DNA of 20,000 nucleotides from IMG/VR virus record IMGVR_UViG_3300043427_002205. One strand, written 5' to 3'. The notes below the pieces were generated by a model that did no database searches, was not told where the DNA came from, and worked only from the letters and a program-made list of their open reading frames with translations. Below are positions 1-10,153 of the stretch, piece after piece (positions within the stretch are counted from its first letter, which is position 1; each line of letters opens with the position of its first letter). A program made the position numbers and the translations under genes. The stretch is from an uncultured virus (IMG/VR IMGVR_UViG_3300043427_002205). Taxonomy: Duplodnaviria; Heunggongvirae; Uroviricota; Caudoviricetes.

Positions 1-1637
1 GTTACTGACCGAGAAACAGACCCAGTGAGCCTATAGCGGTCAAGACGAACATCACATGTAAATGTCGGAGCATTTGAATATACTGATTTAACTTTTTCAA
101 ACTTGGTGTCACCAATCATTTCTATATTAAATAAAAATAATTGATAAACTCGATTATCTACAGTTGTGCCGCTTTCTTTGAAACCACTATAAAAATCTAC
201 GGCAAGAACTCTTGCAGTTCCTATTTTTGTTCCAGATTGAGTTCCCGGAATTGATATTGGTTGGTCATACAAATCTACCGTGTCATAAGTTTCTGGCCTA
301 AGTGCACCATACATATTTTGCACAAATATGTACGTGCCCAACGGAGTATCTGTTGTCTTATTGTTTCTATACTTTGTCGTTCTTGCTTTCTTAAAATCAA
401 CTATTGCGGTAGATGCCTTTTCAATTCTATAGCCTTTGACGTATGCTCTGCCAGGATCAACTATTATGCTAAGACGCTCTCTACACAGTCTAAAAAATTC
501 ATCTGAGGTGTTTCCCGGAACCCACCCACCAGCATATGTTGCTGCCGCAGGAACCTCTAGCCCAAAAATTTCAGTTGATGCAAGCTCGGCTTCTGCTTGA
601 GTTGAATATATAAATTCAGATATGTTGTGACCACCATTTGCGCCACCTTCACTGAGAAAATTTTTAATCTGAATTTGAAATGGTATTACAGTATAGTCTC
701 CAGACTCATCATATGTTCTGGTAGCCAAAGTCTTATCTAATTCACTGTATCGTGTTTCAGGAACACGAAGCCTAACGTTACCATCAATTATTTTGACAAG
801 CTCTACAAAATTTTCTTCTTCAGCATTCAAGTCTAGCTGCATGGCCTGAGCATCAATGTGAAGTCGATCTGCTCCGGGTCCACCAATATTGGGTGTTCCG
901 GTAGCATTGTCTAAAAGAGAATTATCATCTGTCCAAGAAATGACACTTTCAATAAACTTTAAGCCAATTTTAGCTGTTGGTCTAACATTCCATGCCGATG
1001 GAGTGGCAATATCAGATTCAATTGGAGTTATAAAAACTGTTTGCTCATCAACTAAAACGAATCTTCCTCTGTAAAAATAAACTCCAGACTCAATTTTTAC
1101 CGACTGTACGGCTCCTACAGAAAATTGTGCTGTTGATATATTGGCATTTAAAACTAATGCCGGATTTGTTTCAACCGTTGAAACAACCTGACCTTCAGAA
1201 AACCTCTGTTGAAGCCCTGTGGTATCTGCTATTGTGTATGTTAAGAATAATCTGACTAACCCGGCAGAATTTATTGGCTTATATCCAATAACAACAGCAG
1301 AAATTCCATTTACGCTTTTAATGGTTTTTCCGATCCAGTAAGTCTCAATTTCAGCATTTGAAGATGTTTTAGCTGCGCCAGAGCTTTCAACTAAAATAAA
1401 GCCAGCGGCATTATTAATCTTTACTGCTTCTCCTTTCTGGGAAAAATTTAATACCAAAGATCCATCTTGAAAAATATGTTTTCCAAAACGATTAATTTGA
1501 TTTTGAAGTTGCGTCTGAATCTGATTTAGCTCTCTAGCCTGTACCGCTCTTCCAGGACGAAAAAGTATTTGATAGAATTTTTTATTCTCAGAAAAATCAT
1601 CGAAGTACGGAGATTGATTCAGATTTACAGTTGTCAT
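1..1637 (-). CDS. VrlC/DUF4815-like baseplate/tail structural protein (N-terminal part; runs off the window start)
   Basis: Not in the ORF track because it is truncated. ATG at 1637 reads MTTVNLNQSPYFDDFSENKKFYQILFRPGRAVQARELNQIQTQLQNQINRFGKHIFQDGSLV, the typical PYFDDF...LFRPG..VQARELNQ N-terminus of this family. A later PGADRL motif and the position right after gp8 agree. Confidence 0.88.
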   Translation of the reverse strand, partial: MTTVNLNQSPYFDDFSENKKFYQILFRPGRAVQARELNQIQTQLQNQINRFGKHIFQDGSLVLNFSQKGEAVKINNAAGFILVESSGAAKTSSNAEIETYWIGKTIKSVNGISAVVIGYKPINSAGLVRLFLTYTIADTTGLQQRFSEGQVVSTVETNPALVLNANISTAQFSVGAVQSVKIESGVYFYRGRFVLVDEQTVFITPIESDIATPSAWNVRPTAKIGLKFIESVISWTDDNSLLDNATGTPNIGGPGADRLHIDAQAMQLDLNAEEENFVELVKIIDGNVRLRVPETRYSELDKTLATRTYDESGDYTVIPFQIQIKNFLSEGGANGGHNISEFIYSTQAEAELASTEIFGLEVPAAATYAGGWVPGNTSDEFFRLCRERLSIIVDPGRAYVKGYRIEKASTAIVDFKKARTTKYRNNKTTDTPLGTYIFVQNMYGALRPETYDTVDLYDQPISIPGTQSGTKIGTARVLAVDFYSGFKESGTTVDNRVYQLFLFNIEMIGDTKFEKVKSVYSNAPTFTCDVRLDRYRLTGSVSRSV

Positions 1638-1654
1638 ATTTGTATAACTTTATG

Positions 1655-3313
1655 TTAAAATTCTACGATGGCTTTAATGTCTTCAATTTGATTTTGCGAC
1701 CTAATAATTGCTCGCCTATTCTCTATATATATTATATTTCCTGCGCCCTTTTTAATTTCTTCATTAACAACACCATTAGTTGAAGCTATTTGAGCACTAA
1801 ATGTAGATTGAGTTATTGTCGAGCCATTTGTAAATGTGCCATATCCTGTCGTAGGATTTTGTATAAAAGTCAATGTGCCCGTTTCGGGCGAGACTCCTTC
1901 AGCACTAGTTTTTGTATATTGCAATGCAACGCCCTGTATAGATGGTGATATCTGAAAAATCTGGTCATATACCAATGCATTTGCATTAGTAACACCAGTT
2001 AAATTTAATTTTTTGGTTGAAATTCTAGTGGTATCGGTGGCTAAAGTGCCATCATAATTTCTTACATCTCTAATAATTCCCAATTGGCGGTAATCATTGT
2101 CTGTTGGAAAATCTCCCTCACCTTCAGCATATTGAAGTTTTGCGTTCATCATTATAAAAATTGAGTTTAAGTCTTTCTCAACATCTTTACCCAAGCCATC
2201 TAAGTCTGATAAAATTGGCCTAACTATGGCTCCGGTGCCTCCTAAAGAATTTTCAACCGATACACTTATAAAAGTTGAATTTGAACCTCTAGTAATTGGT
2301 AATATTTTGGTTATGGCGCCAGATAAATTCACCACCGGACGCAACTTAACGTCTGTGCCATTAGTAACAACATTTAACTTAGGAAGAATCTGGCAGGTGT
2401 TTCCTGTGGTTACATTTCCACTCCAGGCGGCAGTTAGAATTATTTGCTTAGTGCCACCAATATAATCTTCTATTGTGTATATTTCATTTATACCAGAACC
2501 AGAGGTTATGTGTATTTGACCATTGTTATAAAAATCATCTGCTTCCGATGGTGATCCGGTGCTAAGAATTGCGGTGCCCTTTCCTTGACCATTAGTGCCT
2601 ATTGTTGTAACTGTGCCCGTATATGTTCTTGTATACCCAGACCCGCCATTTTCAACAACCACAGACATAACTTCGCCCGGAACTGCTGCGGCCTGAACTG
2701 TCCATTGAGAGCTGCCATCATTAGCGCTTAAGGTTTTAACAGGAACCCAGCTATCTGTTAAAAATTTTGATGCATTAGCAGATGATACCGAGGCCACATA
2801 TTTCCAAACATATCCGTCTTGAGCATAATATATTAAATTAGTGGCAGGATTTTGCTTTTCGGGCTTTACTGTACTTGCCGCATTATTGCCATTCTCTAAA
2901 CATACAAATATATCAAGAGTATCTGTTATGACATAAAAATTTCCAGCAGGTGTAGGAGATAATGCAGTAACCCTCGCTTGCGTGGGTTGGTTATGCAAAT
3001 CAGCATCTCGGTCATCGTATATTGCATATACAGTGCCCTCTGTCCAATCTGAACGTCTAATAACCAATGATGTTGTTGCCGAATCTATCTTTTTTAGACC
3101 AAGCATCTCATCCCAAATTCTGGCTTCAGACTCATAAGTATCTAACGGCGCAGGAGGAGACAACTCAGCGCTTATAGAGCCGGTTCCCCAAACTGTGGGT
3201 TTTCCGATAAATAGATAATGATTTCTACTGGTTGTGTGTGCCGAAGAGTTAAAATTATCTAAAAAATCTCTGGCGTTTTGAAGTCTGAATTTATTTTTTA
3301 TAATAGCGGTCAT
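1655..3313 (-). CDS. Baseplate wedge subunit, T4 gp8-like
   Basis: N-terminus MTAIIKNKFRLQNA..F, YLFIGKP..W, VFVCLENG-like and DGYVWKY motifs, NDYRQLGII, and C-terminal GNIIYIENRRAIIRSQNQIEDIKAIVEF, as in gp8 of marine T4-like phages. Confidence 0.88.
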   Translation of the reverse strand: MTAIIKNKFRLQNARDFLDNFNSSAHTTSRNHYLFIGKPTVWGTGSISAELSPPAPLDTYESEARIWDEMLGLKKIDSATTSLVIRRSDWTEGTVYAIYDDRDADLHNQPTQARVTALSPTPAGNFYVITDTLDIFVCLENGNNAASTVKPEKQNPATNLIYYAQDGYVWKYVASVSSANASKFLTDSWVPVKTLSANDGSSQWTVQAAAVPGEVMSVVVENGGSGYTRTYTGTVTTIGTNGQGKGTAILSTGSPSEADDFYNNGQIHITSGSGINEIYTIEDYIGGTKQIILTAAWSGNVTTGNTCQILPKLNVVTNGTDVKLRPVVNLSGAITKILPITRGSNSTFISVSVENSLGGTGAIVRPILSDLDGLGKDVEKDLNSIFIMMNAKLQYAEGEGDFPTDNDYRQLGIIRDVRNYDGTLATDTTRISTKKLNLTGVTNANALVYDQIFQISPSIQGVALQYTKTSAEGVSPETGTLTFIQNPTTGYGTFTNGSTITQSTFSAQIASTNGVVNEEIKKGAGNIIYIENRRAIIRSQNQIEDIKAIVEF

Positions 3314-3344
3314 TGACTATATACCTTAGAATTTCATTTATAAG

Positions 3345-3352
3345 TATTTATA
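3345..3352 (-). promoter_or_regulatory. T4-type late promoter TATAAATA
   Basis: Exact TATAAATA on the minus strand, 32 nt upstream of the gp8-like start. Confidence 0.8.
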
Positions 3353-3400
3353 TCAAAACATTTAATCATTTTTAATATTTAAGAGTTATTAAACAATTAT

Positions 3401-4930
3401 TTACGTACTAGTACTAGTAATAATAACCGCATCTGGCATAATATTAGTTTTTGCCGTTGGCGAAGTCACTAGGTCAAAAAGTCTTATTCCTAATTCGTCA
3501 ATAGAACTTATGGTAGTTAATGGCTTTTGTTGAGCCAAATTACCATATTCACCAAAATAATTAGGAATAGCCAAGATTTCCTGATTTGCATCATATTTAG
3601 CTACTGGCTTGTAGTTAAATTTATTGTTATTTAATGAATTGCTATTTGCACCAAGCGGATTAGAAACTTCTGTAGTTTTTAGAGTAACTGTAGATGCAAT
3701 TGACTTTACTGCTGCACTTACCGCAACGCCATCATCAACTAATGTGACGCTTGTATTTGAGCTTTCAGTTGCAATATGAATTTTAGCATCAAGCAACTTC
3801 TGAGTTCTAAAGCCTCCGTATAATTTTAAACCGGCAGGATGCAAAAGTTTTTTTACAGCAGATTCGTACGTAGAATACGACTCATCTACATATATTACAT
3901 ACGAAAACGCTTGATAATATTCACCATCTTGCAAATATTTTAAGGTTGATATTTGACCGTCTTCATTTAAATAAAATCCAGGATAAGATATTAGTGCATC
4001 ATATTCAATATCTATTACAGCACCCTTATCTGATAAAAGATAGTTTTGTAGTGGAAAATAACTTTTATAGCCAATGCCATAATTTACTATTTTTAATGAA
4101 GTTATGCCCCCCGAACTTGATACTGACTGCACTTCTAGTTTTGCGCCATTTCCGACAACATTTATATTAAATGTTTCTCCGACCGAATAATTACCCCCCG
4201 CAGATTTTATGGTTATAGCAGACGGAACCGCCGACACTACAACTTGAATTGAACCATCATCTGAAATCAATGTCTCTTGAGGCAAAAAATTTCCGGTAAT
4301 GCTTGAGCGATTTAACGATAACTCAACCCCAAAATAGCCACCTTCATTTACCGAGAAAACCTTTTCAACATATGCGGTAGAATTGCTATCAACTCCTCTA
4401 ATTCGCTTTGTGCGCAATGCTAATGCATCGCCGACAGATGAAAATACTCGCAAACTTTGTTGCTGAATCCATTTTCCATCAGAAACTTTAAGTATATCAA
4501 CTCTAGGATAATAAAATTCAGGATTTAGCCCATAAGCCGCACGAAAAAATAACTCAAATGATTTTTCAGTACCCTTAGCCCTATAAAAATCTCTAACATT
4601 TTTTAGAAGAGTGCCAACATCAGTCTCTAGCGTTCTAGGAAAATGTATCAGAAATTCTTTATAAAATTGCTCAGTATATGGCTCTTTAGTAAAATCTATG
4701 TCTTGATAGCTTTTTAGTCTTTTTGAATCGTTTAAAACATTATTTTCGCTTTCCATCCACTCATAGTATGCTTTCATGAAAGTTATAAATCTTTCATGAT
4801 CTTCTCTAACAAATTGTGGAAATTGATTCTGAAGATAAGGACTAACACCAGCCAACGGAGAAGACAAAAACACCAAGGGTAGGTAATCTTGAAGTGGTGA
4901 GTCTATTGGTGATGCTAAAACGATTAACAT
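3401..4930 (-). CDS. Baseplate wedge protein (gp7-like wedge initiator)
   Basis: QFPQFVREDH..F..F.KAYYEWME, FYRAKGTEKSFELFFR, SDGKW, LQDGEYYQAFSYVI and KKLLHPAG.KLYG motifs; lies between gp6 and gp8. Confidence 0.8.
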   Translation of the reverse strand: MLIVLASPIDSPLQDYLPLVFLSSPLAGVSPYLQNQFPQFVREDHERFITFMKAYYEWMESENNVLNDSKRLKSYQDIDFTKEPYTEQFYKEFLIHFPRTLETDVGTLLKNVRDFYRAKGTEKSFELFFRAAYGLNPEFYYPRVDILKVSDGKWIQQQSLRVFSSVGDALALRTKRIRGVDSNSTAYVEKVFSVNEGGYFGVELSLNRSSITGNFLPQETLISDDGSIQVVVSAVPSAITIKSAGGNYSVGETFNINVVGNGAKLEVQSVSSSGGITSLKIVNYGIGYKSYFPLQNYLLSDKGAVIDIEYDALISYPGFYLNEDGQISTLKYLQDGEYYQAFSYVIYVDESYSTYESAVKKLLHPAGLKLYGGFRTQKLLDAKIHIATESSNTSVTLVDDGVAVSAAVKSIASTVTLKTTEVSNPLGANSNSLNNNKFNYKPVAKYDANQEILAIPNYFGEYGNLAQQKPLTTISSIDELGIRLFDLVTSPTAKTNIMPDAVIITSTST

Positions 4931-4937
4931 AAATTTA

Positions 4938-6740
4938 TTATGATATCTTTAGTCTTGAAACATCTATAAGAGTTAGATTTACATCTTCATCTTCAAGCAA
5001 AAGCATTTGCTCTTTTAATGCAACAACATCTAAAACCTTGGGCTTAACTATAAAATCAATGTAGTTATTACCATCTTCAATTGAACTTACTAATAGATTT
5101 GAAATTGTTATTGTGCCAGTTTCATAATCTACGGTTCCAATTTTGCCATCAAGTATAATTTTAGTGTTATCTGTCGTGAAATAATAGACAAACATGTTTC
5201 CTTGACCATCATCAGATATGTAGACTTTGACATTATTAATGTAGAATGGACTGGTTGTTATAGACGATATATCATTATTATAGTCGCCGGTGTCTATTGA
5301 ATTGTTTAATTGTATGGTAAAACTGTTTCTTAAATTTAAACTAGGAATAACTCTATATTTTATTTTAACTGAGGTGTTATTACTAACTATAGATGGGTCT
5401 GCCGAATCTATGTAAGAGCAAAACTTTGAAAATCTAAAATCTGAATCAAATCCGATAAGTTGTTCAGACTTATAAGTTTCAATTGCCGCTAATACTTTTG
5501 TGGTTAATATCTCAGAAGTTTCTGCTGTTTTTGCGGAATTAAAATTTATGGTAGAGTCAACCATCAATCGTATATAATCAGGATCTACTATTACAACATC
5601 TACTGTAACTAAACTTCTCGGAAGAATAAATGAATTTACTAAGCGAACTTTATCTTCGTAATTTAATGTTGTGCCTGTTTTTGGCTTTATAGAACAAAAA
5701 ACTTTTCCGTATTCGGGCGGCACGTTATCTTCGCCACCCCAAACTCTAACATGTTCAACCAATGAAATGTCTTTTTTAATTAAAGTTTCATAATCATATT
5801 TTGTAACGGCCCTATTTTGGGAATCATAAGTTCTTGGTGCAAGAAGTTTTATTGAATCTATAGATTCTTGCTCAGAGTATCCGGTTGCGATGCTTTTTGT
5901 AGTTAAAGTAAAAGACTGATTTTCACCAATATTAGCGGAAGCCAACCTTTCAGCTCTAAACACACTTGCATTAGTTGCTCCATCTCCGGTCGACACAACA
6001 TAATCAAGTTTTATTATGTTTCCGTTGCTTGGACGTTTACCTAATATATTATCGCCAAATATAATTTCAAAAAGATTGCTTTCATATGCTTGCAAAAAAT
6101 ATTTGGCATCGGTTTCTTTAGTTTCAGTTATGTCGGTATTTAAAGAATAGTATTCTATATTTGTGCTAGCAGAATTTTCTTGAACTACAACATTAAGAGT
6201 ACTGGTGTCGACATTTTCATTTGGTATTATATATCTCTGCTTTATTGGTGAATTATTGTCTACTGTATATGAATGAGTGAACCTTTTACCTTCAAGCAAC
6301 TCTAAGTTTGTTATTTTGTATCGCCCAGTGTCAATTTTGGTGAAAAACGTATTTTTGCTAGGATAGAATGTATACCTAATTCCATCTACTGTAGTAAAAA
6401 ATTGGTGCGTATTTTTTAACAGTAAACTTGCGGGTTCAAAATATATTTCATAATCAACCACAGCACGTAAGGTGCGGACTGAGCGAGGAGTATATCCCAA
6501 ATGCTTTGCCCTAGACACAACACTCTCTCGTAGAGATGCACTGTCTAAAAACATTTCACTCGCAAGCATGTTTAAATAAAATGCATTATACCCAGTATTG
6601 TAGGCCAGAATATCTAGCAAAATTGATAGCGATGAACCATCAAAATTATAATCTTTAAATCTATCTTGAGATTTTAAAAATGTTTTTAAGTTCTCTTTTA
6701 TTAGAGCAAAATCAAGCTCGGTATATTTAATCTCAGACAT
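4938..6740 (-). CDS. Baseplate wedge subunit, T4 gp6-like
   Basis: ELDF..IKENLK.FL..Q..FKDYNFDGS.LS.LLDILAYNT, FLDSA.LRESVVS.AK.LGYTPRS, QNRAVT..DY and VWGGEDN.PPEYGKVF motifs. Confidence 0.95.
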   Translation of the reverse strand: MSEIKYTELDFALIKENLKTFLKSQDRFKDYNFDGSSLSILLDILAYNTGYNAFYLNMLASEMFLDSASLRESVVSRAKHLGYTPRSVRTLRAVVDYEIYFEPASLLLKNTHQFFTTVDGIRYTFYPSKNTFFTKIDTGRYKITNLELLEGKRFTHSYTVDNNSPIKQRYIIPNENVDTSTLNVVVQENSASTNIEYYSLNTDITETKETDAKYFLQAYESNLFEIIFGDNILGKRPSNGNIIKLDYVVSTGDGATNASVFRAERLASANIGENQSFTLTTKSIATGYSEQESIDSIKLLAPRTYDSQNRAVTKYDYETLIKKDISLVEHVRVWGGEDNVPPEYGKVFCSIKPKTGTTLNYEDKVRLVNSFILPRSLVTVDVVIVDPDYIRLMVDSTINFNSAKTAETSEILTTKVLAAIETYKSEQLIGFDSDFRFSKFCSYIDSADPSIVSNNTSVKIKYRVIPSLNLRNSFTIQLNNSIDTGDYNNDISSITTSPFYINNVKVYISDDGQGNMFVYYFTTDNTKIILDGKIGTVDYETGTITISNLLVSSIEDGNNYIDFIVKPKVLDVVALKEQMLLLEDEDVNLTLIDVSRLKIS

Positions 6741-6741
6741 T

Positions 6742-7149
6742 TTACCTAATCCTCTCTAAAAATATTTTAACTGTATCTACCTGAGATATGTTATCAATTG
6801 CAAACAGCAAATATACATTATAGCCAAGGAGGTCTTGGTCTAGACTAACTTGCAAATCAACAATAGAAACTCTTGGCTCATAAGCTCGTAAAGCATCATG
6901 AATTAGAGTCTTTATACTAACCGCAGTCATTGGGGTAGCAGGCTCAAATAATAACTGCTTTAAATTTCCTCCGAAATCTGGATTAAATGGACGCTCATAT
7001 AAACCCGTAAACAGTATATTTCTAACTGAGCGTTTAACGGATGCAGAATCTTTTAATAGAGTTATGTCTCCTGAAACTGGGTGTGGAACAAAGTCCAGAT
7101 CGATATCTGAAAATGTGGTAGCAACTTTATTAATTAGAGTTTGAGCCAT
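6742..7149 (-). CDS. Baseplate wedge subunit / sheath initiator, T4 gp25-like
   Basis: FSDIDLDF..HPVSGD, VKRSVRNI..T...ERPFNPDFG..L..LLFEP, YEPRV and terminal LERIR. Confidence 0.95.
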   Translation of the reverse strand: MAQTLINKVATTFSDIDLDFVPHPVSGDITLLKDSASVKRSVRNILFTGLYERPFNPDFGGNLKQLLFEPATPMTAVSIKTLIHDALRAYEPRVSIVDLQVSLDQDLLGYNVYLLFAIDNISQVDTVKIFLERIR

Positions 7150-7171
7150 ATAGATAATAGATAATCTTATA

Positions 7172-7179
7172 TATTTATA
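7172..7179 (-). promoter_or_regulatory. T4-type late promoter TATAAATA
   Basis: Exact motif 23 nt upstream of the gp25-like start. Confidence 0.8.
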
Positions 7180-7203
7180 TCGAGAATATATTTTTTTTTA
7201 AAT

Positions 7204-9207
7204 CTATTCAGCATTGTTCTCATCGGTAGCATCCCTAACGGTGGTTAAATCAAAATTAATCACATTGTCATATGGCACCTCACATTGATGTCTATAGCCA
7301 CTATTCAATATCAATATAGGATTTCCATTATTCATCCAGAAAAGCTGCTTTGGATATTGCTCTCCCGGCTTTGAAAATCTAGCAAAGAATCTTGTTCCGT
7401 CTTCAAATAAGTCTGTTGTTGTCGGAGAATCAATTAGCTTTCCAGGAACATGTATTGGTCTAACAACTTCCCATTCAGTTATCTTTCCACTTATTGATTT
7501 GTGTTTTATAATGACAGACTCTAACTGGGCTGTAGGTAAGGCTTCTCTCAATTCATGAGCCACGCCAGCAGAACTCAACACTACAAGATTTCCATCGCTA
7601 TCAGATATCGGCTTCCAGACATCTCCAGTAATTCCGTTGGGAATTAAATACCCATATTTAGGAGATCCATCGGCGGTAGCCATTAAATCTTTTAATGTTT
7701 CATCTAAAGTTTCAGCTTGATTTTCTGTGGGCACAGATGGTGGAGAACTTATATATGAATCTGTTATCGGCAATGGCAATAATACACTTTCTGCAATCTT
7801 AGCTCGCAATCTTGCTTCTCCGGTAACTTCTAAACTTCCGGTAATTTTAACGTCTCCTATTATTTCAATATTTGGCGCATGAATCTCTACTTTTGTACCG
7901 GAAGTTATAATTACGGCATTTGTTCCGTATAATTGAATGGTTTCTAATCCTTTAGAATATGAATTTGTTGCAAGTTCACTTTTAGTTTCGCCAATTAATT
8001 CATTTGAGTTTTGGCCAACAGCAACATTTTTAGTTGCTCCGATTTTACTATTTGAATTTGATGTGACTGTAGCATTAAGACTGCCGCCAACTTGTCTATT
8101 ATGGTCTGAACCACTTTTTATATTGAATGTTAATCCGGACATCATTCTGACGCTTTGTTTAGCATCTAGATTGTAGTTATATCCAACGCTGCAATAATGG
8201 TCTAAGTATACAAAATTATACTGATGATTAACCGACTTATTGACTTCAAGCCCGCTTGGGTGTATTTCCTTAAATGACCCTGACCTATGATACCAGTGTA
8301 GTCTCTCTGCGCCCGGAGTATCATCTACCTCAATCACATGACCAGATTCGCTTTCATAAACATGGTTATATGGATATTTTGCCGCATATGGAGTTTTGGG
8401 CTCTGCAAATGGAAAAGCTGGTTGCTCTTGAGCACCCAATGAATTTCCCTCAAACCCAGCTCCTTCTCCACCACTAATCATAGATGTTTTTGAGGCAACT
8501 ATTGTTTGAGTTATATTCTCGTTTCTTGCCAATCTTGATGTCGATGGCTCATTTAATGAATCTTCAAGTGGATATCTTGATATAGAAACTTGAGCCACAT
8601 CAGTTGTGCTTTTTACTTCTCCGGTAAACAAAACTTCTTCATTCACCATTTGGTCAACATCTACGGCATCAAATTTACCATCTTTATTCAGGTCAAACTT
8701 GTAGTTATCTGCACTGTATTCAGATGTTAATTGGCCAAATGCCACATTATCTTCGGGTAAAAAATTGGGACTAAATCCATCTACGCCAGCCTCAAGAAAT
8801 TCTTGTTCATAGTTGGCCACCGGAGACATTCTAGGAGGTCTAGGAACAATATCTGAGTTAAGTTGGTCATTTGGCGTTGGGTCATAAAACCCAATATCTG
8901 GATTAGATGCGCTTTCATCTATACCAGGAATATAACCAACAACTACTGGTTTTTGAGCATCAGTATCATCTAAGAAAAATCCCCAACACCAATCGCCCTC
9001 TTTAAGTCCAACAGAATTTTTACCATTGTCTATTGGCAAACTTGGCATTGCCCAGGGTAGATCTTCAGTGGGTAGCAATGACTTATCTTCAGTGTGCCAG
9101 CCAAATATTCTAACTCGAACTCTTCCGAGGAAAATAGGATCTTTTCTATCTTCAACAACACCTTTCCACCAAATAAATCCATTTCGTCCAAAAAAAGATG
9201 TGCTCAT
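7204..9207 (-). CDS. Baseplate hub / central spike, T4 gp5-like (OB fold + beta-helix; no lysozyme domain recognised; C-terminal extension)
   Basis: WWKGVVEDRKDP..LGRVRVRIFGWHT..LPT.DLPWA and GFFLD...AQ.P OB-fold motifs; YPYNHVYESESGHVIEVDDTPGAERLH..HRSG; then V/G-rich beta-helix repeats. Confidence 0.93.
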   Translation of the reverse strand: MSTSFFGRNGFIWWKGVVEDRKDPIFLGRVRVRIFGWHTEDKSLLPTEDLPWAMPSLPIDNGKNSVGLKEGDWCWGFFLDDTDAQKPVVVGYIPGIDESASNPDIGFYDPTPNDQLNSDIVPRPPRMSPVANYEQEFLEAGVDGFSPNFLPEDNVAFGQLTSEYSADNYKFDLNKDGKFDAVDVDQMVNEEVLFTGEVKSTTDVAQVSISRYPLEDSLNEPSTSRLARNENITQTIVASKTSMISGGEGAGFEGNSLGAQEQPAFPFAEPKTPYAAKYPYNHVYESESGHVIEVDDTPGAERLHWYHRSGSFKEIHPSGLEVNKSVNHQYNFVYLDHYCSVGYNYNLDAKQSVRMMSGLTFNIKSGSDHNRQVGGSLNATVTSNSNSKIGATKNVAVGQNSNELIGETKSELATNSYSKGLETIQLYGTNAVIITSGTKVEIHAPNIEIIGDVKITGSLEVTGEARLRAKIAESVLLPLPITDSYISSPPSVPTENQAETLDETLKDLMATADGSPKYGYLIPNGITGDVWKPISDSDGNLVVLSSAGVAHELREALPTAQLESVIIKHKSISGKITEWEVVRPIHVPGKLIDSPTTTDLFEDGTRFFARFSKPGEQYPKQLFWMNNGNPILILNSGYRHQCEVPYDNVINFDLTTVRDATDENNAE

Positions 9208-9237
9208 ACTAGATATTGAAAAATAAAATGCTGTGTA

Positions 9238-9245
9238 TATTTATA
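9238..9245 (-). promoter_or_regulatory. T4-type late promoter TATAAATA
   Basis: Exact motif 31 nt upstream of the gp5-like start. Confidence 0.8.
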
Positions 9246-9258
9246 GCGTATGTGGTCG

Positions 9259-10125
9259 CTATAGAGAATTAAATATTGACACCAATTGAGTGGCATCTTC
9301 AGCAGAAAGTTCTTTATCATCACCCAAAATAGAATCAACCTTGTGTAAGAAGTCTAGGTAGTGATATTTTTCTAATAACTTGTATATAACATTTTCAGGA
9401 AGACGATTTTTATCTCCGTATGTTTTAATTTCTTTTTTACTCATGGGACGGTCAAATGCAGCATTGCGAGCTTTTTTTATTTTATAATATATGTTTGAAA
9501 GCTCTTTAGCATCATCTTCAAGGCGCTCTAAGATAGAAAGTCTGAGATACTTAAGTTCTGCTGTGGTTGCATTATTCAATGAGTCATAGTCAAATAAATC
9601 TCTGACTAGATTGTGTGTGGCTGAATCTATAGTAGAAATTACGGCATTAAATTGCTTTAAGTATTTCTTAATATTAAATTTTTTGAATATTGGCCGTCTT
9701 CTAAATCGATTCTTTTCAACATCAAAAACACCATCGGCCAACGACAATTTTCTAGTATAATCTTCTGAATTATTAACTATAAAATAATTTATGGGATGTT
9801 CAGTAAACTGAACCAAATTTCCGTTTATTATCGGCAAGATAGATTTAATTTTTTTAAATGTAGCATCACTTGCATCAACTAAGACGGTGATGTCGAGGTC
9901 TGATTGCTTCGTGTATCTTCTGGTTATTATGCTTCCGATTAAAACATAATCAACTATTTTGGCATATGCAGAAATTGCCTTTAACCCCCCATGAATTTCG
10001 GAAATAACCGTCAGTTTAAGCGTAGGAGAATCGCTTCTAAAATTATCAAATATATCAGAAGATAGGTACGGCTGAACCGGATCAACTATAGATTCAGAAA
10101 CTATATGTTTTTTAAATGGTATCAT
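9259..10125 (-). CDS. Pol-beta superfamily nucleotidyltransferase-like protein, conserved in T4-like phages
   Basis: Catalytic signature LIGSI-x8-SDLDI, followed by HPINYF, ADGVFD and a helical C-terminus with RLPENVIYKLLEKYHY. Confidence 0.75.
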   Translation of the reverse strand: MIPFKKHIVSESIVDPVQPYLSSDIFDNFRSDSPTLKLTVISEIHGGLKAISAYAKIVDYVLIGSIITRRYTKQSDLDITVLVDASDATFKKIKSILPIINGNLVQFTEHPINYFIVNNSEDYTRKLSLADGVFDVEKNRFRRRPIFKKFNIKKYLKQFNAVISTIDSATHNLVRDLFDYDSLNNATTAELKYLRLSILERLEDDAKELSNIYYKIKKARNAAFDRPMSKKEIKTYGDKNRLPENVIYKLLEKYHYLDFLHKVDSILGDDKELSAEDATQLVSIFNSL

Positions 10126-10153
10126 ACTATGGCATTAGAATGTATTGCCTTAG

